64,000 nucleotides of DNA, taken from the NCBI GenBank assembly GCA_012295275.1, contig CM022669.1, positions 5,518,001-5,582,000 on the forward strand. The letters are read 5' to 3'. The position numbers and the translations under genes were made by a program. The notes under the pieces are model-generated. The model saw only the letters and a program-made list of their open reading frames with translations. It searched no databases and was not told the DNA's origin. Shown here one piece after another: positions 24,054-37,216 of the stretch; position 1 is the first letter of the stretch, and every line of letters begins with the position of its first letter. This DNA comes from Chrysomallon squamiferum (lineage: Eukaryota > Animalia > Mollusca).

Positions 24054-24504
24054 CTGAACAAATAATACAAATACGAGATAAAAATTAGTACGTTAATGTA
24101 TTAGTAGCCGTAATAGTAGCAGTAGAAGTAATAGTAGAAGTTAGTAGTAGTAATAGTAGGTGTACTAGTAAAAGTAGTCGTGGTAGTAGGAGAAGCAGCC
24201 GTAATAGTAGTAATAAAAGTGTAGGAACAGTAGTTTTAATAATAGTTGTAGTGGTAGTAGTAGTAATAATAATAGTAGTATCACTAGTCTAGGAATAATG
24301 ATAGTAATAGTGGTGTAGAAATAGCACTAGTAGTGGTATATTTGTAGTAGTGTCAGAAGTAATAGTTTTAGATTAGTGGTACTACTAGTGCTAGTAGGAG
24401 GAACTGGAAGAGTAATACTAGAAGGAATGACACGACAATCAAAAATTATTAAAAAGTGAATGAAAACCACAAAAAGTGTAAATTATTAGTAAATTGTTTC
24501 TTAC

Positions 24505-24654
24505 CTTCACCTCGAAACAAAACGACGACTTCGGAGATGTACACCTCTTCATCAGCGTGTGGCATCACTATTTCTGGATGTACCTCCGAGACGGCCATCT
24601 TGGAAACATCCACACAAAACACTTCTGCCCGTCCGTCCATCTCTATAGTCAGTT
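24505..24654 (-). CDS. Alpha-arrestin exon 2
   Basis: ELTIEMDGRAEV...EEVYISEVVVLFRGE; tttcag acceptor and GTAAG donor; 150 nt. Confidence 0.85.
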
Positions 24655-25039
24655 CTGAAAAACGATTTTATGTTTAAATTTGACACGAGTACCAACAATG
24701 ATACGGTAATGTTGTTAGTTATTATTAAGACTTTGTCATTTGCAAGGATGATAGAGTTAATAATTGCGATGATGGGGATGATAACGATGTCGATGAAAAT
24801 TATGGTGATGATGAAAATGAAGACGATAGATATGCTGAGTTCTATAATTTGTACATATGAAATGCTAGTGCAAAAAAACAACAAATATCGGTGAACCGGA
24901 ATAAGTGACTATGTCCAAATATCAACATTAAGTTTCGACAGATACAAAAAGTATCAGACAGAAATAGACAGACGTAGACACAGAGACAAAAACATAAACT
25001 AACATTTAAACAGAAAATTAGACACACACAGAGATAGAC

Positions 25040-25125
<86 letters not shown>

Positions 25126-25277
25126 CATACAGCAGAGAAATACAGATTGATAAACAAAGAGATCTACAGGTACAGAAATTCGGCGAGAGAGTAAAACATT
25201 TATTTATTTATTTGTTCGTTTGTTGGCTCGTTTATTTATTTATTTATTTTTATTTGTTTGTTCGTTCATTCGTTCAT

Positions 25278-25312
<35 letters not shown>

Positions 25313-25638
25313 TGTATTTATTTATTTATTTATTTATCGTAGTTCTCTTGGCTGCTCACCACACAGTCAGTCTACACTCATGTGTTCGTTTACGACGTTT
25401 CGACTGCAGTTCTGTTTTCAAGTAGGTCATTAATCTACGAGTCACATAACAGTCACTGATAAATTAAACACACGTGTCACAAAACTCCTTCGTAAACATG
25501 TACACGTGTCACTGCATTCACATTTCAAGGAGAATAAAATAAAATTTTCTTTTCGTTGAAGGTCACGTTGAACAGGAGCTGGGTCGAGTAACTTTAGAGA
25601 GTCCAATTTGTTGTTGTTGTTGTTATTATTATTATTAT

Positions 25639-25670
<32 letters not shown>

Positions 25671-25779
25671 ACAGCACTAGCAGTAAAAATAATGGAAGTA
25701 GTAGTTTTATCACTATTAGTAATAGTAGTAGTGAAAGTAGCAGTAGCAGAAGAAGTAATAGTAGCAGTAGTAGAAGTAA

Positions 25780-25814
<35 letters not shown>

Positions 25815-26008
25815 ACAATAATAATAATAATATTCTGACGATAGCAAAATTAGTTTGAAAAGTATTGAAATATATATATATATATAATTAAACACGCATA
25901 TTTAACCTTGGTTAATGTTTATATCCTATCAGTTTATTTCCTTCTACTGAGTCCCTGAGAAATGAAACTAAATACTTTAGCGGAAGATAATTTACAGCCG
26001 AGACTTAC

Positions 26009-26126
26009 CTTGTACTTGTAAATCTTTGACAGTTTCTATGACAACGGAACCCGTAACCTCTCCGCCAGCGAGACAAGTTGACCCAGCATTGTCGAGAAAA
26101 ATCTCAAAACATGACAACTTTCCCAT
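26009..26126 (-). CDS. Alpha-arrestin (arrestin domain-containing protein, ARRDC-like) exon 1
   Basis: MGKLSCFEIFLDNAGSTCLAGGEVTGSVVIETVKDLQVQ; donor AAG|GTAAGT; 118 nt, phase 1. Confidence 0.85.
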
Positions 26127-27662
26127 TTTCAGAATCAAACGATCTCCCTTCTCTTCTCTCTTCTTTCTATTCTCCTGTTGTTTATCCTTCTTTCTGTCCT
26201 GTTCTTCTGTATAACTCTTCTTCTAGTTTTCGTATATTCGTGTATGTATTTTATTTACAGCCATCTCTTTAACTATCTTTTCCGCTTCTCTTTCGTTTTG
26301 TTTTGTTTATCATTCATCCATTTGTCTTTTCTTTTTTTCTCTCTCTTTTATCATTCACCTATTCGTGTCTTCCTTTTCTTTAGTCTTTCGTTATATCCTG
26401 AATTCGTCTTTGTGCCAACAGTTACACTTCTTTTTCGTCATTCTTCTTGTTCTGTCTCTCCATTTTCGCGTTTTATATCCTCTTTTTTTTTTCTATCACT
26501 CTACTTCTAATCGCTTCTTCTTTCTCTATATCTCCTCTCTTCTTTCTCTATATCTCCTCTCTTCTCTCTGTCTCTCACTTCTGCTATTCGCTCTATCCCA
26601 GCTACGGCCTCTAAGTCGACAATTTAAAAGATAATTCACTTTCCATACGAAACAGATTTCTGTAATTCCATAATTCATTTAACTTTGCACGGACTCGTGC
26701 GGCAAACCAGCCAAGCGTTGAATATTAGCAGCGAAAAGAGAAAACTCTGCTGACAGAAATAGGTCAAACATAAGCTGTCTCACTTAATTCCACTTCATCA
26801 CAGAGGATTTTTACACGCGACTGTTATAGTCGTCGTTGTTGTTGTTTCCGTCAGCGTCACCGCCGTTGTTCACAGCCCGCGTTCGGTGCTATCGATGTCG
26901 ATGTTTGACTGGCGGTCGTGTGTTGTGGAGAAGAGGATATTACGCGCTGCAGAAAATAACCGCTTTATGGTGCACAAATCAATTTTTTTCCTTTCGATGG
27001 CAGACCGGAATTTTAATATTGCTCTTATTAAAGTTAATGGCCATGGCCCGAAGCCAATTAGACTCTATAATCATAGGAAACGAACACCTGCTGTTCACGG
27101 GTCTGCCGTTGTCGTGACGTTTCCTCTGATGTTGATGTCGTGTCGCACATTTGTGTGTGTTGTTATTGTTGTTGTTGTTGTTATGCGATCGTGTGAACGC
27201 TGTTGTTGTTGTGAAAACAGATGTGGCAGTGTAAGTAGTGTTTTACTAATTTGTGATGTTTTTCGCCATTATTTGTCAAACTGTTGTTGCTGACGTTGTT
27301 GTTTTGGTGGCGTAGCAATTTTAATAAACGTCCAGATTGTCATGCGATCAGTGTTGCTACCATGCTGTTCATTTTGTTAGTAATTTGTTGACGACGTCGA
27401 CAATGCTGTTGTTGCTGGTTATGATTTGACAGAACTTGAAGCTGTTCTATGAAATTCTTATAGAAGCTTTAGTGAGAACTCGGTACCAAGGAGCGATCCC
27501 TGAACCTGTTTTTCCTGAAAGCCCATTAATTTCAAAGTACCGTGAAATTATCGAGTGTTTAAAAATCTTAGAATGCTGTAGTTTCAAAGTAATTTTAAAT
27601 CAAAAATTTTTTCAAATTATTATGTTGTATACATCCCACAGTAATCTTACAAGACATGAAAA

Positions 27663-27719
<57 letters not shown>

Positions 27720-28171
27720 TAAAAAATTAAAAAATGACATGAACATTTTTAGAAAAAAAAATTTATAGACGAGAAAAAAATTGTTTTCTGACATGTAGTA
27801 AAGTATGAATATTAACGTCATGAATATTAATCTGACATAAAAGAGGAATTTTATAATCATTGGCGGTTTTTATCATGTTTTTAGTACTGTTTCGAGAGGC
27901 ATATCAAGAATGTTCAAAGACAGAATCAGACAAATTTATTGGAGTTTAATCTGTGTAAAATCTGCTAATTTTAACATTACTAGCCGCGTTTTAATCAGTT
28001 TCAGTCAATGGTGGTTGGATGTTTGATGATTCTTAAATTATTTTTTTACTCAGAGATAATTTTTCTATACGTTCTGATTTATTTCTGAAGAAATCTTTGT
28101 ACACATACATGCATACATACATACATACATACACATACACACATACATACATACATACATATATATATGTG

Positions 28172-28203
<32 letters not shown>

Positions 28204-28276
28204 TTTATCGTGCTAACTCTCTGTGTATCTATTTTTATCTACTCTCTCTCTGTCTCTATATTCGTTCTACTTTCTC

Positions 28277-28333
<57 letters not shown>

Positions 28334-29516
28334 TTTCTTTTTTTTTTAACTAAAATCTTTCATCCTTCAGACAGTCTGTACCTTCCACGTTTATAAAATT
28401 TCATTGAATGAATGATTTCCCCGTCCATGGGAAGGTGTACACGCTAGATTTTTTCCTGCTAATCGAAAAGAACTCGATCTTTTGGAGCGGTGGCTACCTT
28501 ATCTGTTTGGGTGGTCCTCTTCACTGAATATGATTCAGGTAATTTAAGAGCAACTTAATCTTTTCTTGCGCAAGTCTTTGAACAAAAGATTTCTTCTTCC
28601 TTCCTAACAAAGTTTTAACATTAACAATATCTTGAACAGACATCCAAGACTGTGAAATGAGGTCAATGACGTACTTGTGATATATACATTCTTCACAATA
28701 TCGTGCTTGTACAACAAAAATTAAATCTTCTTCTTTTCTTTGAAGCCAGTAACAAGTACCGTGTTATCCACTTCAGACGTAAAACGAAATCACTACGCCT
28801 GCATTTTTAACGTGGAAGATAACAGAAATACTTGCAGTAAGCTGAGCATTGTTTATTTGTCAATTTTAAATTTACGTGAGGATAAAACGTAATTTTCTTT
28901 GAGATATTTCTCAGTTTTTTATTTTTTATTTTTTTTTTTTTTTATTTTACTATATTCATAATGTTTCAGCCTTTCTGGTTATGATCAATGATTTCTAACT
29001 GTTAAAAACATTCAACACGGTTTCACTGAAATCACAGTTTACATACAAACTGATACGTAGACTCAATTAAACAGGATTCATTCATACTCGGTCGCTGATA
29101 AATAAATTTAATTCATGTTTCACGTTTAGTTAATCGTCTGTAGATGAAAGACAAGATGTCCGTTCCTTTTCTACTTGTTATGCATAGAGCGCAACGTCAC
29201 GTATTGATAATCAATAATATTTCTTCAAAAATGTGTCTGAAGTACGAGAATTCCTTTCTGTTTGTCACGCACACACAACACCATATAGAGATACAGAAAC
29301 ACACATACACACATGCACACACATACATACATACATACATACATACATACATAGAGAGAGAGAGAGAGGGGGGGAGTGAGAGAGAGAGAGACAGAGAGAG
29401 AGAGAAAGAGAGAGAGAGAAGGAAAGTTGATGGTCAGATTGACAGACAACTTAATAAACAGAGAGATTAACAGACAGATTCAGGATGACCATCTGATATA
29501 GATATATATATATAGA

Positions 29517-29549
<33 letters not shown>

Positions 29550-29700
29550 TTGGGACAGTGGGAGGGGACATTAGGATACTCACTCGTGCACGTGTAAAAT
29601 AATAAAAACACACACAAACAATATAAAACGTAGTTTATTTACACTTTGTACAAATAGATAGCGACGTATACACAGCCTATATATATTTTGCTTGTCATAT

Positions 29701-29877
29701 TCACGAATCTTTGGAGTATGTTTTGATTATGTCCTTTATCCAATTTTCATAAAACGAAACTCGCGAAAAAACACTAGGATAACCGGAAGTCTGGCAGCCA
29801 CTTACACCCCATGACGTCACACCCACCAGGAAGTAGTAACCGCCTCTTTGACAAACAAGAGGCCCGCCAGAATCACC
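29701..29877 (-). CDS. S1 serine protease last exon (catalytic Ser)
   Basis: GDSGGPLVC...GVTSWG...[15 protein letters not shown]...KDS*; 177 nt. Confidence 0.95.
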   Translation of the reverse strand, partial: GDSGGPLVCQRGGYYFLVGVTSWGVSGCQTSGYPSVFSRVSFYENWIKDIIKTYSKDS

Positions 29878-29977
29878 CTGCAACCAAAAAAATAATTCAA
29901 AGTACGTACGTGTGTGCGTGCGTGCGTGCGTATGTGTGCATGATGTGATTTTGTCGGTATGTGTATGTATGTATGTA

Positions 29978-30010
<33 letters not shown>

Positions 30011-30086
30011 CTATGTATGTATGTATATATATATATATATATATGCAAAATACTTACACGACAAAAAAGCTCGTGGTAATACTTAC

Positions 30087-30223
30087 ATTGCATGCGCCAC
30101 CGTCTCCATTGCCAACACACACGTGGGAGTTTAGTATTCTTTTCCAGCCCCAGCGTGCTGCGCATGCGTTATTTTTTCTCACATTGACCTTCAGCTCTTG
30201 CAGAATATTGTGATCTTCGACAT
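30087..30223 (-). CDS. S1 serine protease exon
   Basis: ILQELKVNV...C...[13 protein letters not shown]; GTAAGT donor; 137 nt. Confidence 0.9.
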
Positions 30224-31063
30224 CTGAAAGGTTCATCAATAATTAATTATAAATATCTAATATACTTCATTTCGTTTTAAGCAATAAACACACTTATATA
30301 TATATATAAAATTATAGAAATACTGTGTGAAATACTGTGGAAAACAATATTTGATATATATATATATAACGTTAATTTACGAGAATAAATTAATAGTCAA
30401 ACGTTTATAACTTATAATAATACGCTTTTTACTAGGATAGCCAGTGTATGACTAGCATTTGAGATTACTTTCTTATATGCAGTGAACAAATTTATCAATA
30501 AATATTGATTTTTTCCAGGAAACCAAATGTGTATTTTTATTTTAGAGAAATACAAACCAATTTTCTTAGACACTCAGGTAATCTGTATATCAAATCATCC
30601 ATAATAAAAACAGCGGCAAAACAAAAGAAAACACATAAACAAACATACACACATACACATATATATATATATACATATACGTACGTACATACATACATAC
30701 ATACATATATACAGACATACACACAGAGAGATAGACAGACACGACTCAAGTAAAACATAAACGAAATACGCATGATGATCATGAAAATATTTATATGCAA
30801 TAATAAAAATGAGAATTCACAAAAACAGAAAATGAAATAAACATACACACATCTGTAAAATAAATATATACATTCATCATATACGAGTATTAACAAATAT
30901 ATATATACACAGAAAAATTGAGGTATGTATAGTAATTAAAATTTCATATTCCTTAGTGTTACATACAAACAGACAGACAGATAGACAAACTCACTCACAT
31001 ACATACACACCATTAGAAAGACACATATGCACATGTCGAAACATGCACGAGCACTCACAAGTA

Positions 31064-31104
<41 letters not shown>

Positions 31105-31153
31105 TTTGACATAATAAACAGATTTTAACACATTTCGGTTGACCACGGCAAAC

Positions 31154-31325
31154 CTTTTGTTTCTCCCCATCCCATAATCCAACAGTCGTCTTCCGGTTGG
31201 AACTGTTCGTCTTTGTGGGGCAGACACGCATGACGGATGTCGAAACCTGTGACGTCAACAGCTTTTGTCAGACGCATCAGGGCAATGTCGTTTGGGTAGT
31301 TTCCGCCATTCACAAACTCTGGATG
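31154..31325 (-). CDS. S1 serine protease exon (catalytic Asp)
   Basis: HPEF...NDIALMRL...ACLP...CWIMGWGETK; 172 nt. Confidence 0.95.
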
Positions 31326-31645
31326 CTGAGCAATAGACATAAAAACTTAGTTTAAAATGTGGTTTAAAATTTATAATTATAATAATAATAATAATAACAA
31401 CAACAACAAACAAACTAACTAACTAACTAAATAAAATAAACACTAAATTTAAATGCTTTGTTTTTGAATTTTGTCAATTAACGAGAAAATTTTGTGTACA
31501 GTTATTAAATAAATATGCATATACCCAGTGAAGTAGACGTATATAAACAGAGACAAACACATACACACACAAGAACCACATACATTTATACATACATATA
31601 TAGACAAATATCCACATTACCCATGATATACATACACACTCCCAG

Positions 31646-31682
<37 letters not shown>

Positions 31683-32231
31683 AGATGTCGGTGAAAGTTG
31701 TTTTACTACGATCTCAGAAGGTTCTTTTAAAATACTTATTTTCACAATTATATATTTTATTTCAGTTTTAGTGTGTTAAACTTAGTAAAAAAAAAAATCA
31801 TCTTTGAACCTGAAAATTGAAACCAAAGAAAAATATAATTGCTGCATCTCTAAGGCTGTGATCTAAACAGAAGTTCAGATTTCACGTGTCGTAAGTCACG
31901 TTTCACGCTCGAACTGAAATGTAAAACTGCAGGCTACGTACGCGATCACGTTTTTCACGCGTGAACCTAGAAACGAACTAATCCATTGTTCTGTGACGTG
32001 AAAAAAACTATGTCAACCGTGAAATGTACCCAATGAAAGTGTGATATGTGCCTAATGAACCGCGACATTTTAATGCCTTGTACATTACGTGGAAACGAGT
32101 CAAATGTCCATTTTCTGTCATTAATCTGGTCTCGCCACAGAAATGTGTCAAGAAAATCTGATTCGCTGTAATTCATTAACTGCAAATCAGTTTACATCCT
32201 GACAAGAGTAAATAACAATTAAATCAAACAC

Positions 32232-32337
32232 CTTCATGATGAGATCTATTTCTCGCTTTGTTTCCCGCCCTGTCGTCACTTCCTGTTCGTGTTCACCAAC
32301 CACCGCCCTCCAGTCCGTGACCTTTTCAAACTGACTC
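32232..32337 (-). CDS. S1 serine protease exon
   Basis: SQFEKVTDWRAVVGEHEQ...IDLIMK; 106 nt; phases fit both neighbouring exons. Confidence 0.9.
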
Positions 32338-32361
32338 CTAGAATAGAAACACAGAATACTG

Positions 32362-32468
<107 letters not shown>

Positions 32469-32795
32469 GTACATGGCATAAACGAAAATATTAAAAAATA
32501 AATAGAAAGACAGATGAAGACAGAAGGACAGATAAATAATTATATATACAGAAAGAGACTGAATTGTATACGGCCAGATAGATAAACAGACAGATTGAGA
32601 GATATAAACAGACTGACAGACAGACAAACAGACATAAATATAGAGATAATGATACAGAGAAAAGTGAAAAAAAAAATATAGCAAAAGTAGAGTTTAACAA
32701 TACGTAATAACTGATACACTCGTCAATCTTTACGGGTTTAATTAGTCATTTTATACATGATCTACAAACATTTATACACGGCGCGAGTGTTTTAC

Positions 32796-32961
32796 CCGTG
32801 GACGCAGTGAGCTGCAGTGATGATCCACTGAGGATGCACCAGGGTGCCACCGCACACGTGACGTTTCGCCCACGTCAATCTAAGGGAGGCAACCCAAGGC
32901 CATCTTCCGCCTGTTGACGGAATTCCGCCGACAATCAAGTTTGTGATTGCGACGCCACATT
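32796..32961 (-). CDS. S1 serine protease exon (activation site and catalytic His)
   Basis: CGVAITNL|[18 protein letters not shown]...[22 protein letters not shown]; 166 nt; starts in phase 1. Not in the ORF track. Confidence 0.95.
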
Positions 32962-34988
32962 CTGAAAAAAAAATATGTATATATATGTTGGTGTCTGTTT
33001 TTATTTATTTTTATTTATTTATTTATTTATTTATTTATTTTTTTTTGTTGTTGTTTATATTCTAAAGGTACTGATGGATCCACAGCATGTTTTTGTAGTC
33101 TCAAGAACGCTTTCTAATGTTGGCAATTATTACGAACGACAAACAACAAACAACAACAACATTAAACAATAATCATAATAATAACAATAACAAAAATAAT
33201 AATAGCAATAATAACTTCTATAATAATAATAATATTGTTATAGATAATAAAATATAAGAAAACTGTAATATATACTGTTAATAAAGTATGATGATGATTA
33301 TGATAATAACTGTAACGAGTATGATAATAGTGGTGAATGTGTCGATGATGAAGATAATGATGATGGTGATGATGATGACAACGACGACGATATAGTATAT
33401 CCTCGTATTATTTCCAGATATATTAAGAACGGTGTATATTTCGGAAATACTGATGAAGACCAATGTCCTAGGGGCATTTGAATTCTATTTCTTGCATTAA
33501 TAAAAAAAAAAAAAATTTTTTTTTAAATTTTATTGAATGTAGAATTGCTTCCAATAAAATGTAATCGTAATCCTAAGTCTAGAAACAATGTCGCTTTCCA
33601 GCGTTCGCAGTCATTCATCATTACCGCTTTAGGCGTCCGTTTTATTCTTTGTAGTCGTAAAGTCGATGCCGTTGGAAATTGTTTTAACGTCAGAGTGTTT
33701 CTTTGAATGTTAATGTGTTGTATGTATTTTTGTATGTGTGTGTGTGTATTTGTATGTGTACCTATGTGTATATATATATATATATATATATCCTATATAT
33801 ATATATATCCTATGTACAGAGATGAAGAGAGATGCAGAGAGATAGACAGATAGAAAGAGAGAGAGACAGAAAGAGAGACAAAGAGGCAGAGAGACATAGA
33901 GAGAGAGGGGGGGGCTTTCCTTGTTTGATGATAATCAAACGATTATAAGCAAGTATTTCTTTCTCGACTCAGATCATATAGATAGATAGATAGAAAGAAA
34001 TCATAAATGAATAAACGAAGAACGTGTATATATGAATGTATGAATGTATGTATGTACTGTATGTGTGTATGTATATATATATATATATATATGCTTAAAT
34101 TCAATTTCCATTCATGCTAAAGAGATGTTATCAACAATTCACGGCCACTAGACAATCTAGTGACGGACGGACAACATCTGGATGAAGGGATAATCGATAC
34201 TGGTTCGTCCATTTAGACAGGTTTCCCACAATGAAGAATCTCACAATTCAGACGTTACACGAAATTCTTTCCAGCTAAACACAAAAGCGTCATCAATTAC
34301 CACTAGTTCCGGTTACAACGTGTCATTTCTTCCCCGACAGCCGCCATATTAGTAATTAGTTTTCCATCAAAAATATCCGTTACTGTTTGTTTTGACGTTG
34401 AAATACACGTTGTGTAGTAAATAAATAATGGTTTACATAACTGTTGTTTACATATTAATTATAGGTAAGGTTACCACAATGGGGAAAAAAAAAGAAGAAG
34501 AAGGAAAAAAAATATATAACCAATGCCTTAACTGTCTTATGAATGAACTTCTATACAGATTAATGTCAGTAATACATTGAAATAAAGAAATAAATAAATA
34601 ATAATAATAACAATTATAATAATTATAAAGATGATTTGACATATAATAAATAAATAAGAACAAATAACAAAATAAATAAATGAATAATATGCACAATTAT
34701 TATAAACAAACGAACGAATGTAATGAATGAACTGAAAAATGTATTATTATGAATAAACAAATACGACAAAGTTAACAAACAGAGACAAAAACTGCTCAGG
34801 AAAAAAAAAAAAAAAATGAAATAACATCTGAAAAATAAGGAAAATGTATAGAACAAAATAACGTATTATTACACTGATAGTAGATAATTGTATTATTTAT
34901 TAATAGTTGCAAGTCCTATATGTGGTGATATTTTATTTTAAATTTTATTATGAACTGTTTGAAGGACAATTGAATAGTAATATTAACC

Positions 34989-35044
<56 letters not shown>

Positions 35045-35179
35045 TAAATATAAGAAAGCCAAAAATGGCGAAATCCAAAGATCGGTGTGATTCACAACTC
35101 AGTAATTACTTTCGGCTATTGAACTGTTTCAAGGTTGCTTCGTAGGACAGAGACGTAGTCCACTCTCAGAGTCCGAACT

Positions 35180-35325
35180 AATCAATGCCATACGGTCAGC
35201 AGCATCGCGCACTTGTAACGTCATGATTGGACATTGTTCTCCTGAGACAGAGCATTCATGAACATTGTCTGTGTGCAGAGTCTAGTCAGACGTACTTAGA
35301 ACGGAGAATATTAATGCCTAAATAC
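35180..35325 (+). mobile_element. Diverged copy of the same SINE-like family
   Basis: gtcagcagcatc...gtcatgattggacattgttctcctgagacag...ttgtctgtgtgcaga matches the body of copies A and B, and is followed by (CATA)n. Confidence 0.55.
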
Positions 35326-36049
35326 ATACATGCATACATACATGCATACATACATACACATACATACATACATTACACTGCATGCATACATACATACATA
35401 TATAAATACATACATACATATATATATTCATACATACATACATACATATACATATATACACACATAAATACATTACATTGCATACATACATATATACATA
35501 TATTATATTGCATATATACATACATATATTATATTGCATATATACATACATATATACATACATACATACATTCATACATATTTACATTACATTGCATAAT
35601 TACATACATACATACATAACATTGCATACATACATAAATACATACAAACACACATTGTATTGCATACATACATATTCATTCTTAAATACATTCATACGTG
35701 TATCTATCCAATCTGTTTTTCTGTAAGATAAAAACACGGATATTAAAAAAAAAGACGAGATTTTTGAACGCAGTTGTCAGATGTATTCACTTTTAGTACA
35801 ACAGGATCGAAGACGTCGCGTTCGATTTGTCGTCGTGTGTGAAGTGCTCGGTGACATCGTCATTGCCGTGTTCCACGTCGTTGCGACATACATCAGAACT
35901 AGAGGAAAATGTTCACGTTGGTTCCAAGGTTGACGGTGTCACGTAGTGGTCATACTGACACATTTTTAAACGCCAACAACAGAATGTCCTGCTCCACCTA
36001 TACACATCAGTGTGTTTTTATTTAAAATTACTTTACAAATAATTCTAAA

Positions 36050-36215
36050 TAGCAAAATACTTCTACATTATAAAATAATTCTACATAACAAACACGTCCA
36101 CATTACAAACACGTCTAAATAACAAAATTCTACATAATAAACTACTTCTACATAACAAACTATTTCCAAATAACAAACGACCTCTACATAACAAACTAAT
36201 ACTACTTATAATAAA
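36050..36215. repeat. ~18-bp degenerate minisatellite (ttctacataacaaactac-like)
   Basis: About 8-9 tandem imperfect units are visible. Confidence 0.7.
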
Positions 36216-36547
36216 CTTCTGTTAATATGTGATAAATAATAAAAACATATCTATACAAATTTTTAGATTAATCTGATGTGCTCAACCAAGCAATATGTTC
36301 ACATATATTCACGCACACGCCAAGATGCACGCACAGATTCACGCTCACGCCACAGTGCACTCATCCACACCTCCCACAAACCAATTTATTGTATAATAAT
36401 AGTGGAAATATAACGTCAGTTGACAGCAAATAAATTAATCCTTTCTCTCCCACTTCGCTAACTGAACATGTTAATTACAGTACGTTGTCATGGAGACTAT
36501 GACGTCGCTCATCAGTGTCTCGTTTTCGTTAACTTTCTGAAGGATCC

Positions 36548-36710
36548 ATCTTGAGAATGGAGACGGTTAATTTCCTACAGTGTTAGAAGCCAGATCGTTT
36601 CTTCACGCCTTGAGAATGAAGCTAATTTCCTAATTAATAGAAATGAGATCTTTTCTACACGAAAATAGCTAATTTTCTAAATGTTAGAAACGAGAGCTTT
36701 TCTTCTCGTG
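36548..36710. repeat. ~50-60-bp degenerate tandem repeat (3 units)
   Basis: gagaatg...(g/c)taatttccta...ttagaa...gatc(g/t)tttct...cacg is repeated. Confidence 0.55.
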
Positions 36711-37059
36711 GATACCTGCACGCAATTAACTTTACTTTGTCAGTGTTTGGTGTGATAATAGTTTATTTATTTTTGTTTAAGTATTTATAGCATACGTACT
36801 CCACCCTCTGTCATTTCCAGCTCTTTCGTCTCATTTGAGTACTTCTCACAGCTGAACAAACAGGACTGTGTCCACTACGTAATGCCAGAATGATGTGGTT
36901 TGTAACACAGTGTGTGTGGAAGTAGGTATTGGTGGCGAAGTGACGTCAGGATGTGAACGTGTAAAGACGTCGTTTAGATCATCCCCGGACCTGACCATCT
37001 GAAATTTACCTTTGTAAACACTGTCGACCAGTTCACAGGTAGCTGTTGCTGATTCGTTC

Positions 37060-37216
<157 letters not shown>

